Positions 1-12,329 of a DNA stretch of 64,000 nt are shown in pieces (position 1 is the stretch's first letter; every line of letters begins with the position of its first letter). The translations under genes were made by a program, and so were the position numbers. The stretch is from Octopus bimaculoides (lineage: Eukaryota): contig NC_069008.1 in the NCBI RefSeq assembly GCF_001194135.2, positions 9,052,391 through 9,116,390 on the forward strand. The letters run 5' to 3'. The notes beneath the pieces are model-generated. The model was not told where the DNA came from, did no database searches, and was given only the letters and a program-made list of their open reading frames with translations.

Positions 1-300
1 ATGCATACATATACATATAAGTATGTTTATATATGTATATATATTTATTTATTATTCTTAAACAAGCATGTTGTTGACAATGATTTCAAAGTTTCAGCCT
101 GCTAGTCTGACGATTGCTTGCGAAGTCACTGTCAACAACATTCTTATATTAGAATAATAAATTTGTACTCTACAAAAGTATAGAGCAACCCATCAGGTTA
201 ATTTAAAATTGTTTTTATTATAACCGAGCATAAACACACACGCACGCACGCGCACGCACGCACGCACACNNNNNNNNNNACGCACGCACGCGCACGCACG

Positions 301-355
<55 letters not shown>

Positions 356-529
356 CTGATGTGTGTGTGTAATAATAAAAATGAGATTATATACTGTGCT
401 CAGGTGTGCTACAAATTTTCTGAGAAGTGTAGAAAAAGATGACAGAAAATAACAATAAAGGTAGTAATGAGAACCAAAATCTGAATACTAAAGGGTTAAA
501 TATTTGGTGGGTGACTGACAAAGGTTTTA

Positions 530-2400
530 TTCATGGACACTAAGAGATCTTTGGCCTTTTTGACGATTTTAAAGATGTGGTTCATCCAATGCAGATCATT
601 GTTGATAATGATTCCTTAGTCATGTTGACCTGCAGAATTTTAGTGTAGTCAAGAGGAGTTAGTTAATTCTGGGCTTTTCCCTCCAAAAATCTTTAGCTGT
701 GTGCTTATCTACAGCAAGCTTCAGTTGCCGGTGAGCAATTCAGGAAAAGATTTATAGCATATAGTATCTGTTTCTTTTATCTCAAGGCAGAGCTTAATGT
801 CATATTTCATACTTCATGTTGATATATGCAACAAGAACAGATCTCTGCAGTATACAAAATGTCATTGCATCAGGAGTAGAATGTCCTCGTACCATGATTA
901 CTTCATTTTGACTTCAAACAGTTATATTGATTAGCCCTCGTGTCCATTGCAGAGAATTTCGCCTCAGGTTGTTTGTGTGGCATATAATTATAGGCTTTGG
1001 CAAAGTCGAGATAGATAATATCGAACCACAAGCTGCCATCTTTGATTCAGATGATATCTCCAAGAAATTTGGTGAGGTGGCCATAGCAATTAAATAAAGT
1101 TATGAGAGTTCCAGAATCTCTCTCTGACACAGGATGCCATCAATCTGACAATGTAGCTAGTGAAACAAACTGGACAGTAATGACAGGTGATATACAATTG
1201 TCCTTTTTGAACAGAGAAATAACACTGGCAATGTTTTGGGTTAACACTTAAAATAAGAATTGGAAGGGGAGCAAAAGCTGGTGCAGTAGAAAGAGCCTGC
1301 TGCATTTGAGAAGCAAACAAATAACACCAACACAATTAGGGAAAAGCAGTTATACAAACGCTTGAGGTGGTGTTGCGGCATTGCAGGAGCGAATTCCACA
1401 GATGCTATAGAATTTAATGACAGATGTGAAGATGGTACATTTGGATTTTTTCCAACAGTAAAAATGTCAGTATAGCATTTGGCAATAATTCTGTGCACTC
1501 TTTGAAATCATCAGTATTCTGACTTGTCTGAGGATTACGAAGAGGGCCAGCTAAGAGTGAGGCCTCTGTTTCACTTAATTGAGTTGAATGCTGTGTGTCG
1601 TTCAAATTTTATTACCCTTTTATATTAGACATCTATTTGATATGGTTGTATGCTCTGTTGTGCCTTGTATTATTCTCTGTTCTGTATATATGTATTGTTG
1701 TTTATCGTCCTATCATTCTTTCCTGGCAAAGTAGACTGCTGCAGTCTCCCTAGTTTCTCTTTTGAGATTCCTAACTTGTTTTATACAGTACTGATGCTTT
1801 GTATGATGCAATGCAGATTGAAATACAGATATGCTGAAGGATAGTCTTGACATTTCTGGAATCAAAAAATGCAAGCTAGTTTGGGCACTATAACTTAGTT
1901 CCATAGGAATCCCAGTCAGCTTTGTTCCAGACAAAGTAAGCAGTTTGGAGGTGGTGACAGCTTTTCATTCTGCCCATAAGGGATAGATTAGTAATAAGTG
2001 TAGCATGATCAGAGTTGCCTAAAGGTACTTAGTATTGATGCCAAGTTTTGGGAGCAATGTTAAACAGCAGATTCAATGTGTTGTTATTTCCTGTGGTTGA
2101 GGTGACTACTTGAGACCAGTTTGAATCCAGTTCTAAGAAAATCATTTGCACTTTGTGTCACATGGATGGTTTCCCTACGAATTTCTGGATAACTGAGGTC
2201 ACCATTAATAAAAATATAGGTGGCTGTTTTCCTAGATGTAACTCTGAAGATGTTAAAAACCTGTGTTTTGAGGGTAGTTTGAAGGACAGCAAACAATTCA
2301 TTGATAAACTTATAAGACTGTCTAGGGTTAAAAAAAAAAGGTGGGTGGGCGGCATACAGATGTACTGTAACTACAGAATGTATTTAAACAGATTTTAAGC
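530..2400 (-). mobile_element. Decayed CR1/L2-clade non-LTR retrotransposon (endonuclease + reverse transcriptase remnants)
   Basis: Minus-strand translation in shifting frames gives APE endonuclease motifs (INGDLSYPEI, NTLNLLF, PLGNSDH, ~2000-2230). It also gives RT motifs (HYCPVCFTSYIVRLM ~1150-1200; DIIYLDFAKAY ~990-1025; IINNDLHWMNHIFKIVKKAKR ~550-615). Many stops and frameshifts. Confidence 0.85.
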
Positions 2401-2803
2401 AGAAACAAATGGAGACACTTGACTTTATAAACAAAATCTTCGTGAACAGGTATCAGTCAGATTTCTTTCAGCCCTGTGTTGGGATTTCATTAATTATCCA
2501 CAAAACTACTGCTTGTGAATTTATTATTACTCATGGCTTAAGTAACTTAGAATTTTGCATATGATAGCTGTTCAATATATTTATTCATGCAAAGCTGATG
2601 TTTCTCTCTGTCGCTACTCTGCTCTTCATCACATGATTGATTCTTCAGATGAATGAAAGTTGTCAGTCAAAGGACCTATGAGTATATACATGTGTATGGA
2701 CACAAATGTGTATGGACACAAATGTGTATGTCTGTATGGTGACACACATATGTATTTGTGTGTGTACATACCGTTACATACAAATTACATACATCCACAT
2801 ACA

Positions 2804-2841
<38 letters not shown>

Positions 2842-2850
2842 TATATAGAT

Positions 2851-3315
2851 ACTAGCCTTGAAGAAGCCCTTNNNNNNNNNNGTACCTTTGAGGCCTTTGG
2901 CCCTGCTATCGGGCCGCTTCGTGGCCTTCTACCTTTGTGTAATGAAGCTTCTTTCTGCAAATGTGCTAAGCACTGATGTTGATCATAGTTTAATCAATAA
3001 ACAATGGAGCAAGGTAAATGCAGTAAAAATAGGGGGTCAGTGGGACCCCATTTATGTTGCTCTTCAGAAATTGAACCTCCTTACAATACTCCCGGGGTTG
3101 TTTATGGTATGAAAGTCATTGTCATTGCTCTGATTCGGTCGCCAATGTCAGGTATTTAGTTTAAAATGCAGTAAAAATAGTAGTCAATAGGGCCCCGATT
3201 AGATGGCCCTTAAAAAAATAGATTCCCTTCGGACATTCCCTAGGATTGTCCTTGCACCAATGGTCTTGGAGAAGTTAACGAACAGAGAAACATCACTCAA
3301 ATTTATATTAAGGGA

Positions 3316-3319
<4 letters not shown>
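2851..3319. mobile_element. Non-autonomous Helitron/Helentron-like (HINE/DINE-type) element inserted in a (TA)n tract
   Basis: Starts ACTAG and ends ...TTTATATTAAGGGAAGAT between TA microsatellites. Has GC-rich subterminal hairpins (GGCCC-tgctatc-GGGCC 2899-2915; GGCCGC-ttc-GTGGCC 2912-2926) and an internal short direct repeat (aatgcagtaaaaatag x2). Confidence 0.5.
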
Positions 3320-3362
<43 letters not shown>

Positions 3363-3366
<4 letters not shown>

Positions 3367-3551
3367 GGGGTGCTGAAAAGTTTCTGGGTATTGTGAAAGG
3401 CCTGGTTGGAGGCCCAGCCTTCTCAGTTTTTTTACAGGGCTTAGAAAAACTGAAGGACTGCTGCAATAAGTATGTGAATCTGAGAAGGGAATATGTTAAA
3501 TAAAATCATAATCAACTGATCCTCCTGTAGTTTCTTTTCAGTACCCCCTCA
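3363..3551 (+). mobile_element. Mariner-derived MITE
   Basis: TIRs TGAGGGGGTGCTGAAAAG / CTTTTCAGTACCCCCTCA with TA on both flanks. The interior encodes a mariner C-terminus-like peptide (FLQGLEKLKDCCNKYVNLRREYVK*). Confidence 0.85.
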
Positions 3552-5560
3552 TATGTATATGTATAGATGTGTGTTTACACATATAATTTCTTATGTATAT
3601 TTAAGAATTAAGAAACTTGTATATTCAGTAGCTGACTTTAAGTGTTTCCCATAAATACAGGATAATTGTAATATAATATGCAAGCAATTACATTTACAGT
3701 CATACACTGAATGTACACACCCAGAGTGCATATGCATGCATATAATTATTCACACACATACATACAGGCTCTGTTATTTCCACATAATGTAAGTAGGCTC
3801 TTTAGAAATTACCTCCTGGTTATTATGCTGATGCATTGACATACATTCACTGATTGGAGCAATGAAAGAGGCCTCTAGAAATAGTAACTGAATGTCCCTA
3901 AAATCACATGTATTTTTTTTTTAAATGCATTGATAATATAATCTTGGATACAAAGAAAAAAAGAACCAGAAAAAAACCCAAAACATGGGATGGTCATAGC
4001 TGGAATTAGTTTTCAACAAAACCTGAACAAAGATAAATTTTGCTTGTTCGTTTTTACATCCAATTTTTCCATGCTAGCATGGGTTAGATGAATATATTAT
4101 TGAGGCATTGTTTTATAGCCAGAACCCTTCTCATCACTAACCCTTACGTTTCTTTAAATGATTTTAAAGAATGAAGATGGCTCTACCTTCTATTAAAATG
4201 TTTTGAAAACTTTATGAATTTTGTTTAACCTTTAGCGCACTGTAGGTGCATCAAGTTGCCATATGAGTTTCATGTCCTGCAGTTGCTGAGCAATGGCAGG
4301 GGAAATAATTCTAGAGACAAATGCAGTGTCTCTAGAGCACAACTGGAAACTTGGTACATCATCATCAATATCCACTTTTCCATGCTTACATCGGTAAGAC
4401 AATATTCATTAGGGCATGTTTTCTAAAGCCTGATGCCTGTTTTGCTACCAAGCTTCTTTGTTTTGCAAGCAAGATAATATTTCTCCTTGTACTTCAAATG
4501 TGAGCATGATAGCCGGATGTGATTTTACCAAAGATTGCAAATAAATGACACTGAAAAAAAAAAAGAAAAAAACCCCCAGAAAATTCTTCACTAACCCTTT
4601 AACTCCACACGAATTAAGTAAGATAGGCTTCAATAAGATCACAACACACAATTATAGCATAACTATAGTTTGGTGCCCCCCACTACAACTTTATGGACTG
4701 ATAACTTTTTTAATAATCCTTTCTATTAAAGGCTTGAAAATTTGGCAGAAGGCGCTTGTTGACTGCATTGACCCCTGCGCTCAACTGGTATTCATTTCAT
4801 TGGCCATGAAAGGACAAAAGTCAATGGTGGTGGTTTTTGAATTCAGGACGTAAAGCTGGAAGAAATGCCATTAAGTAATTTGTCTGGCATGCTAATTGTT
4901 CTGCGAGTTTGCTGCCTTCATTAATGTTTTGATAATGCAGATTTACATGAAATTAAGAAAAAAATTGGTTTCATTTCATCAACATAAATGTCATGTACAC
5001 CACTGGAAAAATGTATTTCTGCAAAATATTACAAAATATACATTAAGAAAATTACAAAGAAACTAAATGGAGTGGGAGTGCTACTTAAAAACTATTTTCA
5101 CAAATGTTTTGACTTATGCTTTTTTTTTTTTTAAGGATGGAAGAGTAAGTGCTTTGATCGGTTAAACACTAACAGTGTAGATAAAAAAAAAAATGTTGCT
5201 ATTTATATAAAACAAAAAAACTGAAATTCAGGCATGAGAATGAACTAGTGTAACTACCATTGTTGTTTATCCCCAGGTCAGTCTTGATTGAGTAGACCTA
5301 TGATCAACTCCCTGACTATTGTCTTTTTTTAAGACGGAGATTTGGAGATCCCTTTTATAATCATAAACTTCCACATACATAAGACATGTCTGATACACAT
5401 GTGATTGTGAGTGGCTGCTGTCTCTCAGGCTTACTTACTATGTAGAAGTCTCCCTCACTGGCTCATACATGAGACTGTATGATTGAACACAGGTCCTCAG
5501 CTGTTCTTCTCACTTCTTACATTATCCTCTGATCCTTGTCTTATCTCCTCTCAGGCCTAC

Positions 5561-5753
5561 CTCACTGACTTCTCCCTCCTGTTGTATCCACCTTGCTTGG
5601 GCTTTGCACTAATCACTTCTGTCAGTGCTTCTGTCTCAGAACATTGCTTTAAGATTTCCCTGTTTGTGTCACTATGCAGATGTTTCTGAAGAACTTCAAC
5701 CACATCACTCACTGGCATTGGAGGGTCTGTAGAGGCCATGAATACTCCCTTTT
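5561..5753 (-). other. Candidate unannotated exon (open frame KGVFMASTDPP...REKSVR)
   Basis: An AG-free polypyrimidine tract ends in AAG at 5755-5754. A 193-nt open frame follows, then an AG|GTAGGC donor. I do not recognise the peptide; it could be TE-derived. Confidence 0.25.
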
Positions 5754-6764
5754 CTTGCAGAACAAACCACAGAGGAAGGAAAAATACAAGAAAGGTGAAT
5801 GGGTGGGTGCAGTGATATTGCAGAGCTCCCTTGTTGGCTCATTAAAAAGCTTTATAGTTAAGGGTGGTGGCATGTTAAAACACTTAACTCTAAAGTGTTT
5901 AGGAAGTTTTGTCACTGTTTGACTTTATATTTCAACCCTTCTTGGGACAATAAATTCTTTCTAATTTTGGACAAGGCCAGCAGTTTTGAGGGATAGGAGA
6001 AGTTGATTAAATCAACCCCATTGTTAAACTGGTACTTGGTTTATCGAATCCTAAAAGATGAAAGGCAAAGTCAACCTCAGTGGTATTTGAACTCAGAATA
6101 TAAGAAACTGTTGTCCAGCATCGTAATGATTTTACCAGCTCACTGCCTGGGACAATCTATTATAATCTCTATCTACAGATGCACACACTCTCTTTATTTC
6201 TCTCTCTCAACATTTTCATTTTTATTTGATTGCTGATTTTTTTCTAGTAAAAATTAATAACAATATATAAGTAAAGATTTTTGCACCTCAAAATTATTTT
6301 TTCTGTATCTCTATGGATGTTTGACTGTTCTGGAAGATTTTTCTGCTTGAAACGTTGTAAAGTTAATAGAATATATGATAAGTAAATAAGTAGTAATTTT
6401 AAAGTCATAAAATATTGTCTATTGAAAGAAAGCTTGATAATATTGTCTGTTTAAAGAAAGCTAAATGTAAAAGGAAGGTAATTATAAATCTTTACAAATA
6501 CTTGCTGATACAGTGATGTTTGTAAATATTTATGATGGAAGAATTTTGCCAAGGCGGTGAAGTTTGTCTTCAAGATCTTTTTCCGTTTTGGGAGAGAGAG
6601 AGAGAGAATGCATAGACGATGCTGGAAAAATAAAGTTTCTGTGTGTATGCCATTAATGTAATCCTGAGTAATTTTGGACTTTGTATGGTTATGTATAGAA
6701 ATATAAACAAACTAACGTACACACACACACACACATATACACATAAATATACTTATCCACCTGC

Positions 6765-7250
6765 TATGGAGAATGAATCAGACAGAAGGCAACGGTTAGC
6801 CAGAGAGAGACAAAGGCGAAGAACAGCCAGTCTCATTCAGGAAGAACTGGGCGCAGGAAGATTAAACAATACATTAAGGTTATTAAATCAATCACAAGAA
6901 GTGAGATGAGTGCAAGACGCAAGAAGACAGGCTTGAAGACGTCAAAATGAAAAGGAGCACCTAACTGCACAAAGGAAAGATATCCAGAGAGAGAGAGAGA
7001 GAGAGTAACACAAAAGTGCCAAGATGAATCAGAAGAGCAAGCAGTAGTGAGGAGAGAATCTCTAAGAATGAGTGCATTGCAAAGGTGACAAGATGAAACA
7101 GAAGAGGAAGCAACACAAAGGAGAGAAATCAAAAAAGAGAGAACATCGAGAAGAATGGAAGAATTGATACTGAAATGGACCATCCAAAAACAAGGGGAAC
7201 TCATTGCTGGTAGGGTTTTCACTAGAAACGAGGGGTTGAAGCAATTACTG
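6765..7250 (+). mobile_element. Decayed Glu/Arg-rich repeat coding segment, possibly the N-terminal region of a Helitron Rep/helicase ORF
   Basis: Reads MENESDRRQRLARERQRRR...QDESEEQAVVRRESLRMS...QDETEEEATQRRE with internal stops. It resembles the charged repeats seen before Helitron RepHel domains, but no catalytic motif is present. Confidence 0.35.
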
Positions 7251-7589
7251 AGATAAAGGTTGTAATGTTTTTATTTTAATTTTATTTTCCGCATCATTTT
7301 CATGCTGTCATTTCTGATGGCACGGGTAGACTAGTGAATTAATAAGTACCTGAGAAGTATTGAAGTCAATTAAGTTGATTGTCCCCCACCCTTGGTCTGA
7401 GAAGAAAACAAAAAGAAACATTGTGGACTTGTGCCACTCATGTTATATGTCGTTTGAATTTCATGAACAACACACATTTTGCAATCTTCCACAAGTTGCT
7501 CATGTTTGAAGAACTATATCATCTTGGGATTAGGTGAGGATTGGCAATAGGAAGAGTATCCAGCTGTTGAAAAGCTACCTCAGTGAATC

Positions 7590-8321
7590 GGATCTTTCTG
7601 ATTTGGCGGGCGCCACTTGTTTTCTTAATGAAACACTTTCAAACTTGGGACGCTGGTAGAATGTGTCATATAAAACATCTTTTACTCTTAGTGTTGTTGA
7701 GAAAATTTTATCTTTTTAAAGTTATTTTGTGTTAAAATTGTCGTATTTCAGTAATTTCAACCAATCACTGACGTCTATTGATTTGAAAACAATTACCTCT
7801 GTGGAATGTAAACAACACGTTCTAGTGGTGTAATGGGAACTTTTCCCTTGAATAAAATTAGTGCCGTTGTTTGTCAACAACAACTATCGGCAGTACTGTT
7901 ATTTATGACATCGTTCGTGTGTTTGTACTGGTTTTAGCTAACCCTAAAACCTTAACCCTAACCCAAACCCTAACTCTAAAACCGAAACCCTAACCCTAAA
8001 ACCCTCAAGCTAAAACCAGTACAAACGCACAAATGATGTTATAGATAACAGTACCGCCGATAGTTGTTGAAAAACAACGGCACTAATTTTATTCAAGGGA
8101 AAAGATCCCATTACACCACTAGAACGTGTTGTTTACATTCCATAGCAGTAATTGTTTTCACTTCAATAGACGTCAGTGATTGGTTGAAATTACCGAAATA
8201 GGACAACTTTTAACACGAAATAAGTTCAAATATAAAAATACGAAGTTTTAAAGTGTTTCAGTAGAAAACACACTGAATAAAACATAAATAAAAAGTGGCA
8301 CCCGCCAAATCAGAAAGATCC
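7590..8321. mobile_element. Fold-back/MITE DNA element with long palindromic arms and a (CCCTAA)-like core
   Basis: TIRs GGATCTTTCTGATTTGGCGGGCGCCAC / GTGGCACCCGCCAAATCAGAAAGATCC. Target duplication (C)AGTGAATC at 7581-7589 and 8321-8329. The arms are inverted over ~300 bp. The element sits inside a retroposon tail. Confidence 0.9.
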
Positions 8322-8607
8322 AGTGAATCTCATGTGACCCATGCAAACATGGAATATTGGTCAAGAAAACGATGATGATAACCCTTTAGCATTCAGATTA
8401 ATCTGTCAAATGTAATGCGCATTTATTCACAATGTTCTGAATTAATTATGCATTATCTTATAATTTCGAGATTTCAGTGATGACATCATCATTTGTCTGT
8501 TTTCCATGCTAGCATGCTTGCAATTCAAAGGTTAGTCATATCATACTACATTGTTCACACTGATTCTGCCTTATATTAAGGGTTTATCATTTTAATGTTC
8601 AATTTTT

Positions 8608-9154
8608 GGCAGAATTCTGGTTTAAACACCCCATAGAACCCCTTGTGACTTTTCTAGTTTTTGGAATTTTCCCCCCAAATTTTTTAAAATTTGTGTTCTA
8701 CACATGAGAATTCATACAATTATGCAAAAAAAAAAAGCAAATATTTTTTCGTGTGAGATTTAAAGGCAATTTAGCTGTTATTTTTAGCACATCTCACGAC
8801 CACCTGATACCTTACTTTTTGTCACTGACATATATTGATGTTTTTCAATATTTTTCTCCCTGTAAACACATTTAATGAAATGAGGATGCACTCAAGACTG
8901 TTCCATTGTTGGTATTTAAACAAAATATTAGGACTGTCTATTTTAAACACAAATTTTAAAAAAACTTTCAAGAAAGGGGGGAAATTTTAGGACTTGTGGG
9001 GCTGGGGCTTACAAAAATTTTTTAAAATTTATATTTTTAAATAATCATGAATTCCTGTGTGTAGAATACAAATTCGCAAAAATTTCATGAAAATGTCAAA
9101 AATGAAAAATAGTTAAGAAGGGTTATATAGAGTGCTTAAACCAGAATTCTGCCC
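8608..9154. mobile_element. MITE-like element with terminal inverted repeats
   Basis: GGCAGAATTCTGGTTTAAACAC ... GTGCTTAAACCAGAATTCTGCC, with further imperfect subterminal inversions. The TSD is not clear. Confidence 0.65.
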
Positions 9155-9689
9155 ACTTTTCCCTGCTTGCAAGGATCAGACGAGTTTATTGAGGCAGATT
9201 TTCTATGGCTGGATGTTCTTTCTGTCACTAACCCTCACTTGTTTCAAGTGAAAGTAATATTTCCCCAATGGCCAGACATGTTTTTGCTGAATATTTGAGA
9301 AGAACGACCTTCATTTATGACAATGATGCAGTGTCAGGGCAAGGAGACACAAACACCCACACATGTACACATTTTTGATTCCTTAATGATTTTGTCCCTA
9401 ACAAGGATCGAAGCCATTGTAATGTAAGGGACTACAAAGAGGGAAAACGAAGTGGGGTCTAGAAATTCAAAAGATACAAATTGACAGAAAGCGTAGTTCT
9501 TTAGAATTCCGATTTCTTTCTCAAATATATTTAATTTGATTTAATCATGCATTGTCTTATAGCTTCAAGCTTTTGATGATATTGTTTATTTTGAGTATGA
9601 CATTGTAGAGTAGGTGTGAGAAGCCAGATCTGGCTGGTTTGAACATAAAACATATAGAATATTTTGGGCCTATCAGGCTGGTTTGAATG

Positions 9690-10000
9690 CTACTGGCACT
9701 CCGTAGTTACGATGATGAGGGTTCCAGTTCATTCAATCAATAGAATAGCCTGCTCATGAAATTAACATATAAGTGGCTGAGCACTCCACAGACACATGTA
9801 CCCTTAATATATTTCTCAGGGAGATTCACTGTGACACAGAATGTGACAAGACTGGCTCTTTGAATTACACGTACCACTCATTTTTGCCAGCTGAGTGGAC
9901 TGGAGCAGCGTGAAATAAAGTGTCTTGCTCAGGGACACATGTCATTGGAAATTGAACTCATGACCTTACAATTGTCAGCTGAATTCCTTAACCACTATAC
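9690..10000 (-). mobile_element. tRNA-derived SINE with Deu/Nin-type central domain
   Basis: tRNA-like head (gtatagtggttaagg...gagttcaatttcc) followed by the reverse complement of cagctgagtggactggagcagcgtgaaataaagtgtcttgctcagggacac. A related copy is at 39723-40050. Confidence 0.7.
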
Positions 10001-10339
10001 TTATGGGTTAAAGGGCTGAATATCATTGACCAGAGGAAAACAAGACGATGGTAGTGAGTTTCAGAGCGCAAGAATTTAAGAAAAGAAGCTATTGAAATAA
10101 AAGGATTTTATGACTAACAGGAAGTTCAACAGAGAACCAATGTGCTTGGGTAGAGAAGAATGCAATACATTTACACATTTAAAGGTTTTGACAGAGGGTA
10201 CTAGACCAGAAAGTTCACCAGAGCAATGGCAATGAAAATACTTTTAGAAAAGTCACAACAAAGATACATTTTGACAATGAGCCAAAGATCCTATCCTAGT
10301 AGAAACAAGAGGACCCACCATGTCAACAACTCGATTCTG

Positions 10340-10377
<38 letters not shown>

Positions 10378-10822
10378 TATGTGTCTTTGTGTGTGTGTTT
10401 GTCCCCACCACCATTTGACAATAGTGTTGATGTGTTTATGTCCCTGAAACTTAGCTGTTCAGCAAAAGAGACTGATAGAATAAGTAACAGGCTTAAAAAA
10501 ATAAGTACTGAGGTCGATTCATTCCACCAAAATTCTTCAAGGTGGTGCCCCAGCATGGCCACAGTCCAGTGACTGAAACAAGCAAATGATAAATGATATA
10601 TAGCATATGATTTGGTAAATCTCTCACAAGGCTTTGGTTGGTTTGGGGCTATATAGTTGAAGACACTTGCCCAAGGTGCCACACAGTGGGATTGAACCCA
10701 AAAGCATGTGGTTGGGAAGTAAACTTCTTAACTACATGGCCACACCTGTTTGTAAAATACTTCCACTACCTGTACTGTAATTCAAAATTAGTTGTACCTG
10801 TACTTCAAAGATCCAGTCTTGT

Positions 10823-10876
<54 letters not shown>

Positions 10877-11457
10877 CACACTATATGATTTTGATTCTAC
10901 CTGTGGATTTATTAATAGTACATATGTCTGTGGGGTACTCAGCCACCAACACACCTAATTTAGCAAGCAGATAGTTCATTTGGTCAAACAAGTGAAATTG
11001 GCTACACACACTCTCTGAAATGCTACTATCCTTTACAACATTCATATACATTGACTTATTAGCTATTACACACACGCGCGTGTGCACACACACACACACT
11101 TATCAAGAAGTATGGTGAATGAGTTTATCTGATTAGCTTGTAGAAGTAGGCAACACAATTATGAAAAGGTTTGTGGGGTGTGTTAGTGTGGAATGTCAAC
11201 ATTTTTTGTCTCAGCACATAACGTTTTTCACATACTACATACACAGACACTCCCACTTTTTTCTCATGTACACATAATCCACAAACACACCCATTTTCTT
11301 TTCATTGTTTCTCACACCAATATACAAGCTTTTTATCATTCTTCTGCCTGCTCTCTCTTTCTCTCTCTCTCCATCTCTACCTCTCTCTCTCAATGTATGT
11401 AAGTATGTGTCTAATTTGCCTGAAACAAATATGAATTCTCTTAGGTCACAGACACCT

Positions 11458-12223
11458 GATCTATTTTAAAACGGGGGCACCAGTTTTCATCTATGTTTTA
11501 TGTAGTGTTTTTGGTACCGAAAGACTTTCAAACTTCGTATACTTATCTATTTTGTGTTATAGAACAGAAAAAAATTTTTGTATTCAAATTTATTTCATGT
11601 AAAAAATTGTCTTATTTCGATAATTTCTACTAATCACTAACATCTATTCAGTTGAAAACAGTTAGCGCTGTAACGGTGTATATAGTATTAATCCCCTAAC
11701 CCTAACTAGACTGTTAACCGTAACCGTAACCCTAAAACTAACCCTAACTCTAGAATCCGAACTCTAAAATTGTTACACACATAGATACGCACAGCGTAAT
11801 TTATTATATAAACNNNNNNNNNNNNNNNNNNNNNNNNNNNNNNNNNNNNNNNNNNNNNNNNNNNNNNNNNNNNNNNNNNNNNNNNNNNNNNNNNNNNNNN
11901 NNNNNNNNNNNNNNNNNNNNNNNNNNNNNNNNNNNNNNNNNNNNNNNNNNNNNNNNNNNNNNNNNNNNNNNNNNNNNNNNNNNNNNNNNNNNNNNNNNNN
12001 NNNNNNTAACTCTATTCAGCTGAATAGACGTCAGTGATTGGTTGAAATTACAGAAATACGACAACTTTAACATGGAATAACTTGCGAATTCCTTTTTTTT
12101 TGTTAAGAAGACTAAGAGTAAAAGATGTTTTATATGACACATTCTACCAGTGTCCCAAGTTTCAAAGTATTTCGTTAGTGTTTCGTTAAGAAAATACTGG
12201 TGCCCCCGTTTTAAAATAGATCC
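11458..12223. mobile_element. Second fold-back element of the same family, with a (CCCTAA)-like core
   Basis: TIRs GATCTATTTTAAAACGGGGGCACCAG / CTGGTGCCCCCGTTTTAAAATAGATCC. 9-bp TSD CAGACACCT (11449-11457, 12224-12232). Shares subterminal arm sequence with 7590-8321. Contains an N gap. Confidence 0.9.
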
Positions 12224-12329
12224 CAGACACCTTAACCACCAGCTCCTCTATGTATGTACAGACACACACACACACACACGCACTTTGTAAATATAGGTGC
12301 AGATGTGCAGATTGTCAGCAATGAGTGAT

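Noticed and set aside
7935-8010. Telomere or chromosome-end signal
   Set aside because: The degenerate CCCTAA array lies inside a TIR element with a TSD, so it is interstitial and mobile-element derived.
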